64,000 nt of DNA from Eledone cirrhosa (GCA_964016885.1 OZ024740.1:379440001-379504000), one strand, 5' to 3'; positions 1-17,235 are shown, numbered from the stretch's first letter. The notes: generated from the letters alone by a model not told the origin. Translations and numbers: made by a program.

Positions 1-380
1 GTTATATTTAATATATTTGAGGTTATATTTGTTAATTGCTTAGGATAATTTTCTCTTTGCTATATGCAAATAAGCAAAATCTATATAGGCTCTTGTGTAT
101 TTTTATCTCAGTACCGTTTGAGTGATGAAAAACTATATTTTCTGTAATAGCGAAGCTCTCATATGTTTATTGCACATAAACATATCATATACTTCCTTAA
201 TGTATATACATACAAATATGCAGTGGCGGACTGGCCAGGTTACCCAATCGCAAGTGGGCCCCAGAGGGCCCACGGTAGCATTGCAAGAGCCCACAGTAGC
301 ATTGTAGGGCCCACTGAATATATATATATACGTTATTCCGGGTTGAATCGGAGGTAACCACAGTAAGTAAGGTACTCAAT

Positions 381-428
381 ACATCCTGATGATTTCTAAA
401 GAATGAAACAGTTCTAGTCCTGTAGACT
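381..428 (+). ncRNA. Type I hammerhead ribozyme motif (weak stem I) in a short pLTR-like insert
   Basis: CTGATGA (386-392), stem II TTC-TAAA-GAA, GAAA (405-408), stem III ACAG/CTGT, GTA triplet (422-424). Confidence 0.6.
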
Positions 429-434
429 CTCATC

Positions 435-1402
<968 letters not shown>

Positions 1403-1408
1403 ATATAT

Positions 1409-1442
<34 letters not shown>

Positions 1443-1447
<5 letters not shown>

Positions 1448-1522
1448 CACCACCTTCACCACTAATTGATTTGACAGATGTCTTTAACCCATTGATACCA
1501 AATATTATTTGGTCAGTAGTTC

Positions 1523-1597
<75 letters not shown>

Positions 1598-2060
1598 TAT
1601 ATATATATCCTTGTTTGTCTGTGTCTATATATGTATGTTTTCATGCATGAATGAATACACTAAGCTTTAGATTTAGTAGAATGTACAACCCCTGATTGCA
1701 GCTATTTGCACTATCATATATTTTGGTTTCTAGTAATTCCCTGGGGAATTGGTTGACCAATTGCTTTGCTTAATTGTTTTATTTGTTTTTAAAAAATGTT
1801 TTTCTTTCTCTTAGATTTTAGGCCCCAAGGCTTTGCTTTAAAAAGATACCTGAAATCTAAGAGAAAGAAAACATTTTTTTTTAAATAAATAAAACAATTA
1901 AGCAAAGCAATTGGTCAACCAATTCCCCAGGGAATTACTAGAAACCAAAATATATGATAGTGCAAATAGCTGCAATCAGGGGTTGTACATTCTACTAAAT
2001 CTAAAGCTTAGTGTATTCATTCATGCATGAAAACATACATATATAGACACAGACAAACAA

Positions 2061-2130
<70 letters not shown>

Positions 2131-2205
2131 GAACTACTGACCAAATAATATTTGGTATCAATGGGTTAAAGACATCTGTCAAATCAATTAGTGGTGAAGG
2201 TGGTG

Positions 2206-2210
<5 letters not shown>
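1443..2210. repeat. Fold-back element with ~370-bp arms, each containing a (TA)n tract
   Basis: 1443-1822 is the reverse complement of 1849-2210, 26-nt spacer. Confidence 0.85.
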
Positions 2211-2286
<76 letters not shown>

Positions 2287-2470
2287 GAAAAGAAAATGCT
2301 GACACATTTTTCCCAGTGAAAAATAGTTTAATTATGAATAAGTATGAATTAGTAATAAGTATTAGTTAGTATTCAGTTTTAGTTTTAAGTTTTTACCGGT
2401 TGCGCCTTTCTTATGCTTTTCAAAAATAATTTTGAGATAGAGTGCTCGTGATTTTTGAGCAAAATATATA

Positions 2471-2502
<32 letters not shown>

Positions 2503-2523
2503 CATATATATACACACACACAC

Positions 2524-2598
<75 letters not shown>

Positions 2599-2677
2599 GA
2601 AAAATTGAACAGGGACAGAACAGAGAGGCAGTACGATAAATGTTTATTAAAATCACGCTCAGGAGAGTGATATATAT

Positions 2678-3140
2678 ATACATTTAAAGTATATGATAAA
2701 CACGAAATGTGTTTACATTGCAACAGACAAAGTTAGCTATTAATGAAATAAACTAATAAAAGTGAATACAATTTGTCTGTCTCGATACAAGTCAATAAAG
2801 ACAAGATTATATTGGCAACGGCCATTTCACTCTTTCATTTCTATTCCATTTCACTCTTTTATTTCTATTCCATTTCGATTCTCTTTATTTTTCAATTCAC
2901 ATTCCACCGTTGCGAAACTTATTTGGGTTTCGAGGTTCAAATTCGTCTACAGAACAGGTTTGAATTTTGAAATTTAAATATGTCCAGGAATCATGGCCGT
3001 TGCCAATATAATCTTGTCTTTATTGACTTGTATCGAGACAGACAAATTGTATTCACTTTTATTAGTTTATTTCATTAATAGCTAACTTTGTCTGTTGCAA
3101 TGTAAACACATTTCGTGTTTATCATATACTTTAAATGTAT
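2678..3140. repeat. Inverted repeat, 148-bp arms
   Basis: 2678-2825 vs 2993-3140, essentially perfect; spacer rich in ATTTC/ATTCC short repeats. Confidence 0.85.
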
Positions 3141-3522
3141 TAACTGCTCGGAAGAGCCCCTTCCTGGAGCTTAATTATTGTAAACGACTGAGAGTTTATT
3201 CTCAAAATATAATATAATATATATATATATATTGAATGAGTGTGAAAGACCAAAGGTCATTATTGAAAGTCAGTGGATTTCGCAAAATACATATTGGAGA
3301 AGGTAAGATATTTTTCCGCAAAAATTTGATTGCACTGTTTTGTTTCCACTTATGTATTTTTCGAAAATGTTATTTATTCATTATAAGAAATCATAGTAGA
3401 TTCAAATATCACAGATAGGGGGGGGGGGGGGGGGGGGCACAGAAATGAAACATGGATTACAGGTTAAAATATAGTCTAGATAGATGTGAAACAAAACGAG
3501 GATGTAGTTTATGGAACACCCA

Positions 3523-4002
3523 AATGATTTAGAAGTCGACCTTAAGTAGGCGCAATAACATTAAGAAAGACATGAACGACACCACAACACTTTGTTTTGA
3601 AATTTTTGAAAGAAGGTTTATAAGTATGAATTTTCATAAGATTTTCGTAGTTGTCTCTGTGGCATAGCGGTCGGTACTAGAGACAGTGGAGATCCTGGCC
3701 TTACGTTAAATACTTGTCAAGAGGTACATGTAACCTTTTTCAGTTTTTATTTCATAACCAATAGAAAAAAATGAAAAATTTTAACGAGAACCCTACTCCC
3801 GACCAGGATCGAACTTCAGACAAGGATCACCACCGTCTATGATTCCTCCAACTAGGTCACCGAGGCAGCTACAAACGTATAATGAAAATTGATAATTATA
3901 AACCTACTTTCAAAATCAAAGTTAAAAATATCTGGTGTCGTTCATGGCTTTCCTAGAGCTATTAGTAATATTAGTAATATTTAGGGTCGACTTCAGGTCA
4001 TT
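3523..4002. repeat. Diverged inverted repeat carrying two convergent tRNA-like Pol III cassettes
   Basis: Arm ends GAAGTCGACC / GGTCGACTTC; + unit ~3653-3726 with A box TGGCATAGCGG; - unit ~3794-3866 with B box GTTCGATCC. Confidence 0.6.
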
Positions 4003-4233
4003 ATTGAAAGTCTCTGAATTTCGTAAAATATATAATATGTTTTATTGGAGAAGGTAAGATATTTTCCCGCAAAATTTTGATTGCACTGTTATCTTTCCAC
4101 TTAAGTATTTTTCGAAAATGTTATTTATTCATTATAAAAATTAAATGATAGCATTCTATATGTAGGTGGGCCCCCTTCATCTCCTGGCAACCAATATTTT
4201 TAGACCCAGTCCGCCATTGCAAATATATATATG

Positions 4234-4327
<94 letters not shown>

Positions 4328-4344
4328 AATTAATATATATATGT

Positions 4345-7300
4345 ATGTATGTATTAATAAAAATAATGAATAAAAACAAAGAAACAGTTCCTTATATTAA
4401 AAAATTCATCATTTTACGATCGTTTCTAGAATATATATGTGTGTGTTGGTATGTATATCATATAGATCTATGTAAAATTTTTACAAACTATCAGAGGGAA
4501 TATACATACCTAAACATATATATGCTGTCTTCAGAAATAATATTTGTTTATTGAAAAAAAACAACAAAGATTTAATATAATAGGTCTGTTTGGGAACAGG
4601 TTTTGAATTGACCAATAGAAAGGTAGTAAGTGGTCAAGATGATAGAATAGTAGTAATAGAAATTTAATTTAGGGGTAGAGGAAAGCAGACTTCAGTTTTG
4701 AATGGAAAGAGTATTTTGAATGAAAAGATTACTTTAGGGATGAAAATAGGTCAAGCCGGTGAAAGGTACACGAAAATTTGATGTTATAAAAGAATAATGC
4801 TAATGTTAAAATCTAAGGAGAATAAAATTTTACGATAAATGTGTTAGTGAAAAATATCAATCTTATTTAAAACATAAGGAATTTACATCTATAAAAAGAA
4901 AATAAATTAATTTAATTGATAGGTATATTTATATTGATAAATTTATATTAATTCATATAGATATGATAAATAAGAGTTAGATGTAATTGAAGAATGTTGT
5001 TAAAAACGAAGGGAAAAAAAAAAAAAATAATAATTGGGGGGGGGGGGGGGGATAAATGTATTAGTGAGAAATAACAAATTTATATAGATTACAAGGAATA
5101 TAGATTCATAACCTGAAATTAAAATAGTTTATATGTATACTTATTGGTATAAATTTTAGGAAAAGATAGCTGTAAAAGGGAAATAAAATTATGCAGTTCA
5201 TTAGTAGTAGAATATTAATTATAGTTTAACTAATTTTAAAAAAAATGTTATTATAATAATTTGTAAAGTATATATTAATTAGGTTTATAATATTTAAAAG
5301 TTCTTCTAATTTTATCATTATTTCAAAAAGTTCCTTGGAACATAATCTACATTCATATCTATTATTTTGATAAGGGGTGGCCCTTTTGAGCACACTCCAG
5401 GTCAGGTTATAATCGATATTCTTTTTTCTATAATTATTAATTATTTCAGCTAAGGATGTTGTATTAGCTAATGCGGCATTTTTAAAACTGTGTTTGTGTG
5501 TATTAAATCTTACTTTAAATTGGTTAGAAGTAGCTCTTATATATGAATAAGTTGAGTCCTTAGTGTTAATTTTACATTTATATACTATGTTATTAATAAG
5601 GCAATTTCCTTTTAATGGGCAATTTGCTTTGTTTCTACAGTTATAACCTTTCGTGAATGTTGTATCAGAGGAGATAGTCAAATTAGGTGTGGAATTTTCT
5701 CGACTTGTTGTATGTGAATGAGATGGTGGTTTGCTGTGGTTTATTTTAGTATTATGGTTAGTTTGATGTATTGTGGTATATTCATGTTTTTTTTTACATT
5801 TATATGCATTATAGGCACTTATATTTTGTTGTATTTTTTGGTTGTTGAGTAGGAGAATTTGACCGTTGATCTATTTAAAATTTGATGGTATTTATGGTTT
5901 GGCGCGAAGTTTTTCTCTAGGATAGTAACAAATTTTTTAGGTATATTATCTTTAATTTGTAGATTAAATGGAGCATTATACCAAGTAACTCGTCTATTAC
6001 GGTTTCGATGTTGCTTTTTATTTTTATACGATGTATCCTGATATTTACTAAGAGAATTGGTATTAGTGATTTTATTACACATATTTTTAGTTAGATTCAT
6101 TGATTTAGGTGTTTTAGCCTGATTATTAGGAATTTTGTTATTAACATATATTGGAATATTAGGATGAATGGTTTTTTGAAAGTTATTATATTGTATATTA
6201 GAAGAGTTAGAGAAATTAAGTTTTAAGTTGGTATTTTGGGGTATAGTGTGAGTGGCATTTAGGTGTGTATATTTCATTTGATGTTTGTTGGTAATATTGG
6301 GTTGTATGTTTGTAGTATTATTGGTACAAGGTATATATACTAATTTGTTTTTGTGGCCGCTTCTAGCTAAAGCTTCGTTATAAAAGGTCGCATTTTTATC
6401 GAATACATCCTGGTTAGATGAACGGTTAGAAATTCTGAGTGAGATATTATATGCTAGGTTTTTAAGGATAGATTTAGGGTGATTAGATTGTGAGTGTATG
6501 TAATGTAAGTTTTGGTTAGGTTTATGGTAAGGTTGGTAGATACCCGTAGATAAGTCTAATGTTATATCAAGGAAATTAACTACTTTACTTGTGTTTTCAA
6601 ATGTAATATTGAGACTATAATAGTCTTTGAGGAAAGTTCTAAGTTTTTAATTTTTTTCAATTTCTGATAGGCTAAGGTTAGTGGAAAGAAGAAGACAGTC
6701 GTCACGATATAAACCACCTTTAAGGTGGGGAAAAGAAGCATTTATGGTTAAATAGAAGAAAGAGGCCCACAAGATCGGTAATTTGGGCAGAATCACTAGA
6801 GCCCATAGTAATGTCGAATAGATTACTATATGTATTTCTGGTCCAGTATTCCTTCTGAAATTCCAGTAGTGTTTGTCTAGCATGCGTGATAATATTAATG
6901 TCATCCATAGTTAAGTTTGATCTATTTTTGGCAAATATCAAGGCTTTGTATGGGTGATATAGAGGAATAATAAGCATCTATATCGAATTGTAGAAATGAA
7001 GCAGATGATTTATTTCTAATATTAGTAAATTAGTTAATTACCTGGGATGTGTTTTCCCAGAGTGGTAAATTAACATGTTTTCTTAATTTGTGGGATGACT
7101 CTATCTAAAAAGTTTTTACTAATGATACCAATGTCAGATTTGGAAGGGCATATAAGTCTTATAGAAGGATTAGAGTTAAAATTAGATTTGTGATCTTTCA
7201 GGTTAAAATGTGGTTTTTTCAGTGCCAAAGGTTCAGTTCTATCTTCAATATTGAGTTTATTTACTATGTTGTGTGTTTTGTTGTTGATATTGGTAAGTGC

Positions 7301-8127
7301 CGCATTGTTTGTTTTTTTATAATTTTTCCTGAGTTCTTTATATATGAACTCATTGTAATTATCAATATCCATGTGGTACAGATTTCCAGTTTTGTCAGAG
7401 TGGACATGGATTTTGTTAGATTTTTTTAAATCCAATAGGGTAGAATCAAGATCCTTTTGAAAATTAGATTTATATTTCTTAAATTTGAGGTGTTTGATTA
7501 AGTTAAAAAGGTCTTTCGCGAAGTTTTCAAGCAAGGAGTTGTGTGGTGGGTTCTTATATGTAGTGAAATCATATAAATATTTCTTATCAGTACATTTTGT
7601 TTTTTTATCAAAGTGATAGGCCCTCCATCTGACCCTTTTGATGAATTCGTTGCTTTTTTGTATCATAAGAAGTAAGAATTCATCCTTAGAAGGTATTGGT
7701 ATATTCTTTAAAGAAATTCCCAAGTATTGTTTTTCCATTGTGATATGGATAATGGACAAGAAAAAGAGCTCAACTATATATATAGGGAGTTATAAAATGA
7801 TATATATATATATAAAAATATGAATACCTTTATAAAATTAGGAGCAAGGTATGTAGATAAATCTACCAAAATATACGGTAGTGTCCAATCCGTATGAAGA
7901 ACTCAATGTAATCCAAATATCATGAAAAGAGAAGATGTATTCAAAATCTTTTCGATGAAAAACACACAGGAAAACAGAGTCAAGATAAATTAATAAAAAT
8001 AATGAATAAAAACAAAGAAACAGTTCCTTATATTAACAAATTCATCATTTTACGATCGTTTCTAGGATATATATGTGTGTGTTGGTATGTATATCATATA
8101 GATCTATGTAAAATTTTTACAAACTAT
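4345..8127 (-). mobile_element. Near full-length decayed Penelope-like element (Naiad-like)
   Basis: ORF pieces 7070-7759 (SLKNIPIP, SDKTGN, LKDHK..SIRLICP), 6647-6977 (FDITMGS, GLYRDD), 5819-6277 (WYNAPF), 5226-5681 (CRNKANCPLKGNC, IVY..YI(R)AT GIY-YIG, CRLC); direct terminal repeat ~4355-4490 / 7992-8127. Confidence 0.9.
4407..4542 (-). ncRNA. Type I hammerhead with ~100-nt stem II
   Basis: On - strand: TATTATTT-CTGAAGA-[long hairpin with GGTATGTATAT/ATATACATACC]-GAAA-CGATCG-TA-AAATGATG. Confidence 0.75.
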
Positions 8128-8132
8128 GTATG

Positions 8133-8179
<47 letters not shown>

Positions 8180-8312
8180 AATTAAGTTAAAAATGTACAT
8201 CCACATATGTATACTGAAATACTAGTATGCATTTTTAACTTAATTGTTTAAGCGTCAGTCATACAAAAGTGAGTTACAAACGAAACGAAATTTAATTTCG
8301 TTTCGTTATTTG

Positions 8313-8399
<87 letters not shown>

Positions 8400-8408
8400 T
8401 ATATATAT

Positions 8409-9041
8409 AAACTAGATTGGTCAATTTTGAACCAATCTAAAAAATATGCTAGAGGAACAAGAAAATGCACGCTCTGCATAAATGAAAAATTTTGGATATT
8501 GCAAAATCTCAAATCACCAAAGACCTGCCTGAACACAAAGACGGAAATTTTTACCAGTTGTCCACACATGAAATCACACCTGCTTTCCAGCTCATATAAA
8601 CTTAACACACTTTCAGACACTTATCCTCCATAAACTCTGATTATTCTCTTTTTAATTACCCTTTCTGACTTACTTTCATTCTTATCCTTGTCAATAATTT
8701 CATTTATTTTCACTTTTATTTATTTTTTTATTTATTTTTACTTCACCCCCCCCCCCCCCTTTATTCTCCGATCCACTTCCTATTTTCTATTTTTTACTTC
8801 CCCTTCTTTTACTTCCCTTGTTCCTCTACTAACTGATTATACTTGTCTTTTGTGTTCTTCAATCCAGATATATTTTTCATTTTTATTTTTATTTTATTTT
8901 TGCGCAGCCTATCCTACAATTTTATATTTGTATTTATTTATCCACATTTCAATATGGCTGAACGCCTTAATGTGTGTATACTTTTTTTACATATGTACAT
9001 GAGTGACTACGTATGTGCGCGCGCGTGCGTGCATGTATGTG

Positions 9042-9072
<31 letters not shown>

Positions 9073-10059
9073 GTACGTGTATGTATGCGTGTGTGTACTG
9101 GTGTTTGTGTGTGTGTGTGTGTATATATTATGCGTATGTGTAAGTGTCTTTATATCCGTGTTTTTGACATTTCGGTTTTATATTTTTTTGTTTCTTGTTT
9201 CTTTTTTCTTTTTTCTTCTCCCCCCCCCCCCCTTCCCTCTTTTGTTACTTACCCAGTTTCATACATGGGCATGCAAACAGGTTTAATTGCGCGAGTATAA
9301 GTATGTGTATGTGTGTGTGTGTATGTACGTATCGAACGTATGGAAGTGTAAGTGAGCGTGTGTATATAAGCATAATTATTTTTACATTTCTTTTGTGAGA
9401 CACGCGTGTCTGTGTATGTATGTACCCCCGCTTTTTTTGTTTTCTTTAATTTTTTCTTTCTATCTTGTCTTTCTAATTTATCGTTACTATATTTTTATAA
9501 ATATATCGTAATAGATACTTTTCTTTTATTTATTATACTCTCTTTATCTCCTTTCTTTCCGCATCTTAATGTATGAGTGTCCAGGCGTTTTTATGCGCGC
9601 GACTTTATTTTCTTATTTTTACGAAGTAACCATTTCCGTCTGTATAATACAGACATATAGATACATTTGCCCTAAACTTTTATAATTACGCACACTTTCT
9701 AACCATACATTTACACGTGCACATATACATATATGCACATCTATGAGCGTATATACATACACATAACACACCTAACTATTTTTCTTGATAGATTTTTATA
9801 TATTTCAATTTCTATTTCATTTATCTATATATTTTTTTTGATTTTCTTGATGTGTTTTTCTAAGTATTTGCCCATGTTTTATATTGCCTCGTCTGACGAA
9901 CGAATGAAGTCGTTTATTTCGTATTCGCCTCATTCGGGAAACCTCTGGTAATGAGGTAATTATATTGTATTGATTTTATACATTAAATTTTGCTCTGATA
10001 TTTACATAGAGCACTCTTCATTTCTATGACCTTTTCTGTTTCCAACTGAAATTTCAATA

Positions 10060-10062
<3 letters not shown>
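8409..10062 (+). mobile_element. 3' fragment of a PLE: GIY-YIG C-terminus plus long 3' region with HHR
   Basis: LDWSIL..KCTLCINEK..LNTKTEIFTSCPH matches the endonuclease tails of the two Naiad-like copies; (TA)n on both sides. Confidence 0.75.
9883..9960 (+). ncRNA. Well-formed type I hammerhead ribozyme
   Basis: 10-bp stem I ATTGCCTCGT/ATGAGGTAAT (2 G:U), CTGACGA (9893-9899), stem II CGAATGA/TCATTCG, GAAA (9938-9941), stem III ACC-TCT-GGT, GTA site ending at 9950. Confidence 0.85.
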
Positions 10063-10114
<52 letters not shown>

Positions 10115-10189
10115 TAATATATAAATCAATCCCCATTCTTGTTTATATGCAATCGTGCACTTGAGTGAAACATTAATATATTTTATTCT

Positions 10190-10870
10190 AGAGTGTTAGC
10201 CCTCTATGTGCAGAGTATACAGTTGGTGCTTAAGTACCCCGGTTTATTTTCCTTCCATTTCATATATAAGTATAACATTGCGATGAAAATGTTAACTGAA
10301 GTTAGAACTTACAGCGTTATCAGCTAAATTATTTCACCTGATCAAAGACGAATTCCACTATACCTAACATTTATATATCAGAATTGAAAACGCTATCTAT
10401 ACTTTATATAACTTCCTAAGTTTTTATTTCCTTAAATCTATCGTCCCCCACTGCTGCACTCTTCTTTTCATATAATCCCGTTTATCAGATATTTATCCTG
10501 CTTTGCCTTAAAATTCAAAATTCTATGTTTAGATTAAACTCAATCTAAATTTGGATGGTATGAGTATGAGCCAGTTTCTGTGGCATTTTTTCATTAAGGC
10601 AAGGTGTATTCTATCATGTCTGCTTGAATTTCTTGCAGTTCTACTTTATCAAGATTATTTTTAATCTGTTCAATTTCTCATAGCCTATTCCATCACTTTT
10701 AAGGAATTTATCAGTTTCGGAGATGATATTTCTGTTCTCATTTCCTCCTGAAAATGAGAATAAACTACAGAAGAAAGTGAGCAGAATATACTAACCCATA
10801 AACCTTTAAATACATAGTCATAAAAAACGTGTTTCGGACATAGTTCATTAAATATCTGTTTAAGCAACTT
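10190..10870 (-). pseudogene. Possible very old PLE reverse transcriptase remnant
   Basis: Broken motifs resembling KADKG and PKIHKPGxPLRP in - strand frames; many stops. Confidence 0.3.
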
Positions 10871-11244
10871 CTTTATGTGCTGTTCTGATTAAGTTGATGT
10901 TAAAGACGGAATATGTATGTAGAAGATTCTGGATCATAATTCGTGAAACAAAAATTAAAAATATAAGTAAAAGGAAATGCTATTTGAATAGAAATAGACG
11001 AATACGGAGTTAATGGTTCAGAAATAAATAAGCAAACGAATTGGAACAACATGAGTAATGTATGCATGTATTTATAAATGAATGAGACATGAGTAATGTA
11101 TGCATGTATTTATAAATGAATGAGATCGACAGATAAATGGGAGATAATAAAGCAATTGGAGGAAAGAGAGAAGGGAATGAGGATTTAATAAACGAAGCAA
11201 ATTGTGGAACGCCGTATACATTAAAATCTTTAAGAAAATATATC

Positions 11245-11314
<70 letters not shown>

Positions 11315-11692
11315 TAATAAAACCAGTAGGCAGAGGAATCATTAAATGGAGATAGAAAGCTATAGATTGGAGAGATTGTTAAAAATAGTGGTGTGAAGAG
11401 AACAAAGTATACATTTTAATATAGCTATTGCCAGAAAGATAATTTAACTGTCAAAATAATTTGAAAATATAGAAAAATATTCAAACAAGAAATGTCAACA
11501 AATTGAGAACATGTGATATTGTCTATGAAATAAATTATCTAAAATAGTATACTACCGTTACCAAAGGGAAGACTCTAAGGAGCCACAAATATATTTTATG
11601 ATGATTAACAAACTATTACTTTAAACAATGGTCAGTCTGTTGGCTTTTTCTGCGAACTTGAAGTACGTACATTCACTGTAATGACTCTTGAA

Positions 11693-11885
11693 AAGATTGG
11701 CAGTATCGGTAGACGGCCGGACGCTATGCTTTGCCTCATAGTGTAACGGCCCTTTCCGATCTGAGTTCAAATCCCGCCGAGGTTAACTTTGCCTTTCATC
11801 CTTACAGGGTCGATAAAATTAACCACCAGTAAGGCACTGGAGTAGTTGCTGGCCTTGTGCCAAACGTAGAAACAATTATTAACTA
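11693..11885 (+). mobile_element. tRNA-derived SINE, family 1
   Basis: A box TGGCAGTATCGG, B box GTTCAAATCC, core CTTTGCCTTTCATCCTTAC..GGTCGATAAA, (ATT) tail; multiple copies in the window. Confidence 0.85.
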
Positions 11886-12539
11886 TTCATTTTGCGTGAA
11901 TAATGCGCTATATCGCGTGTTGTTTTTAATTTTTTTATTTATAAAAAAATTAGACAAGATTTACGCGAATCTGCATTACGCGCTGCGTTCACGAACGCAT
12001 CTCCGCGTAAAAAAGCAATCAGACTGTATAATGAAAAAATATTGCAATTCATATATTTGTATTTCATTTCTGATAATTTAAAACAGCATGGTGTTTTGAA
12101 ATTAAAGGATAACTGTTTTAGAAAGGGAAAAAGGTAAAGAAGGGCAGATCTGGCTGAATAGGAAAGTTGAGGAAAGAACTATAAATGCCATAAATGCGAA
12201 GAAAAGGAAAGAAAGAGCAAGGACAATTAGCCAGCGAGAGAAAGAGGGGGAGGGGAGAGGGTGACAGACTCTGTGCTTAGGTTGGGGTGGTGTTTCGGCT
12301 GCATCCCCGCGAACAATACTGCAAAGGCATTTCCGCAAACAATGGCAAGCGACACCCACTGCAACAGCCAACCCATTTTGCGGGGCTCCTTCCTAAGACG
12401 AGCTGCTGACGTTCCGATTTTACGGAGGAGCTCGGCTGAACAGGGTCCTTCCTCTGCCTTCCTACGCAGCCAGATCTGCCCTTCTTTATCCTTTACTACT
12501 TGTTTTTTGATTACTTGATTTTGTATTCAATTTTTTAAT

Positions 12540-13116
12540 ATATTTCCACTGTCGTCACCCCACACGAAACAAAGTATCATGAAAGTTGAAGCACCCCAAA
12601 GGTCAATTACAAAAAAGATAGTTGGAAGACAGGCCTTGACTATTGGGGTCGATTAGAAAAGCTCAAACTTTATTCTCTTCAATGTCGCCATCAGCGCTAC
12701 ATTATCTGTATGATGTGGAAAATCAGCTTAGCCCAAATGATGTGGCATCATCTTTAGTGTACCCCCAAGGCTTGGGACCCGTGCTATCCGCCCACGACAA
12801 AAATCCCACTCGCATCACATAACAACAATACGGCACAATTATTTCACCTAAATTGGCCCTTCACTCTTTAACATTACACCAAAACACATCAAAGCAGAGA
12901 CAAACCCCATCAAGTTCAAGAAGTCTTTGGATAAATTCCTTCAAGAAATCCCGGATAAGCCTCCTACACCCGGATATGCCTCCGTAAACAATAACTCTCT
13001 GTTCGAGTGGGCCATGGTGCCCAAACACTGATTTGTAAGACTTCGCCAGGTGGTGCTATTAAGTTAGACATGGCCTGGGCCAATACTGGCCGAAACCTAT
13101 CAAAGTTATCAAAGTT
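12540..13116 (+). mobile_element. 3' fragment of a CR1-like LINE
   Basis: Frameshifted EAPQRSITKKI..DYWGRLEKLKLYSLQ..GPSLFN..FKKSLDKFLQEIPDKP; tandem tail TATCAAAGT x2. Confidence 0.7.
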
Positions 13117-13146
13117 ATATATATATATATATATATATACATATAT

Positions 13147-13180
<34 letters not shown>

Positions 13181-13407
13181 GAAAAAAAAATTCGCTCTAC
13201 ATGGCTGAATATATTAAATGTAATCTCAGTTTTTCGAATATTAATAATAACATTCGATTCGTTTGCAATTATGCAAACAACCCTCATTTTTAAAGCCATG
13301 TCAGTAGAATGAACCTTTCATTCTTGCTCTTGTTTTGGCATGTAAACAGAACTGCAGACACTAATGTTTCTTGGTATCACCCTTCATGAGTACGAATCAA
13401 ATGTTCG

Positions 13408-13600
13408 GGGGATTGGCAGTATCGGTAGAGGGTCGAACGCCATGCTTTGCAGCATAGTGTTACGGCCCTTTGCAGTCTGAGTTCAAATCCCGCCGAGGTT
13501 AACTTTGCCTTTCATCCTTACGGGGTTGATAAATTAAAGTACCAGTAATTCACTAGGATAATTGCTGGCCTTGTGCCAAACGTAGAAACAATTGTTAATA
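13408..13600 (+). mobile_element. tRNA-derived SINE, family 1
   Basis: Full-length homologue of 11693-11885. Confidence 0.85.
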
Positions 13601-13614
13601 TTCGAAAAACTCAG

Positions 13615-13661
<47 letters not shown>

Positions 13662-13666
13662 GTATG

Positions 13667-13721
<55 letters not shown>

Positions 13722-13934
13722 TATATATATATACGCATTATTAAATATCAATTGAATATGTATAAAGTGAATATACTTATTTTAAGGAGGTTGACATTTG
13801 ATTTTAAATTACACGTATGGTAGTAGCTTTAGAGACAGGTATATAATTTATACATATTACATATTTATAAGTATGTGTATGCGTGAGTAAATGCACAAAC
13901 ACACACACACTCACATATATATATATATATATAT

Positions 13935-16286
<2,352 letters not shown>

Positions 16287-17204
16287 AAAGGACGATTAGT
16301 TATGTCTTCATTACGTTTATTGAGTAGTGACACGCGTTTCACTATTGATCAAATCAAGGTTCGATCTGTATCGATCTAGCTCGACTCTGGAATCAAAAGC
16401 TCGTCGGACCTCTGCACCTCTGCACCTCTTTACCGACTGGAAACTACGTATCGAGTGCTCACTCGGGTGAACCTACAGTAAGTTCATATTAAGGTTAATT
16501 AGACTCTAATACTTAAACATTTCAATGAAAGGAGTCTCCCAGAGAAGCAAAATTATATGGTAGAGAGATCTTTTTTATAAGCGAGTTCAGATAGAATATT
16601 TTTTTGTCTTATCTTATTTCTACTGCCAGTTTTTTCTCACTTAATTTTCATACATGATATATAATATATAATATATAATATATAATATATAATATAATGA
16701 CAGATGACGTTACTTGAGAATTTAAAAAAAAATGGAATAATGGGACAAGTTGAATACATATAATATATAGCATAGAATTATCCTCACGACGAAGGAACTG
16801 TAATTCTTCCAATATTGGTTATTTTAATGTATTGGAGTGATTAATGTTGTTTTCTTTGTTCCAGAAATGATGGTCGGGGAACTGTATCAGTAAAACCGAC
16901 TCACTTTAGTCGGTCTTGCTTATATCCCCACCAAATTAAGATTTGGCTTAAGTTTGATATATCTTATTATTTCTCTGAGTAGATGATTTATTAATATATC
17001 TTATTCTTCCATTGACTGTCTACTTATTAGAGACAGTTGCCTTTATAAATTTATATATGTACATATATATATATATATAACGAAGTGAGTGTGGTAAGGG
17101 ACCAGGGGGACCATAACGCACCAGAGTACTCGATACTTAGGGTAGTAGAGTGGGTAATATGAAAAGAGTCAGGACCCCGACGGCCGTGCACCGGCCGTTT
17201 CGAC

Positions 17205-17227
<23 letters not shown>

Positions 17228-17235
<8 letters not shown>

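Noticed and set aside
12120-12500. Inverted-end GC-rich insert with CTTAGGA..GAAA on - strand as an HHR
   Set aside because: The ~45-bp inverted ends are real, but core G5 is mutated and stems I and III cannot be formed convincingly
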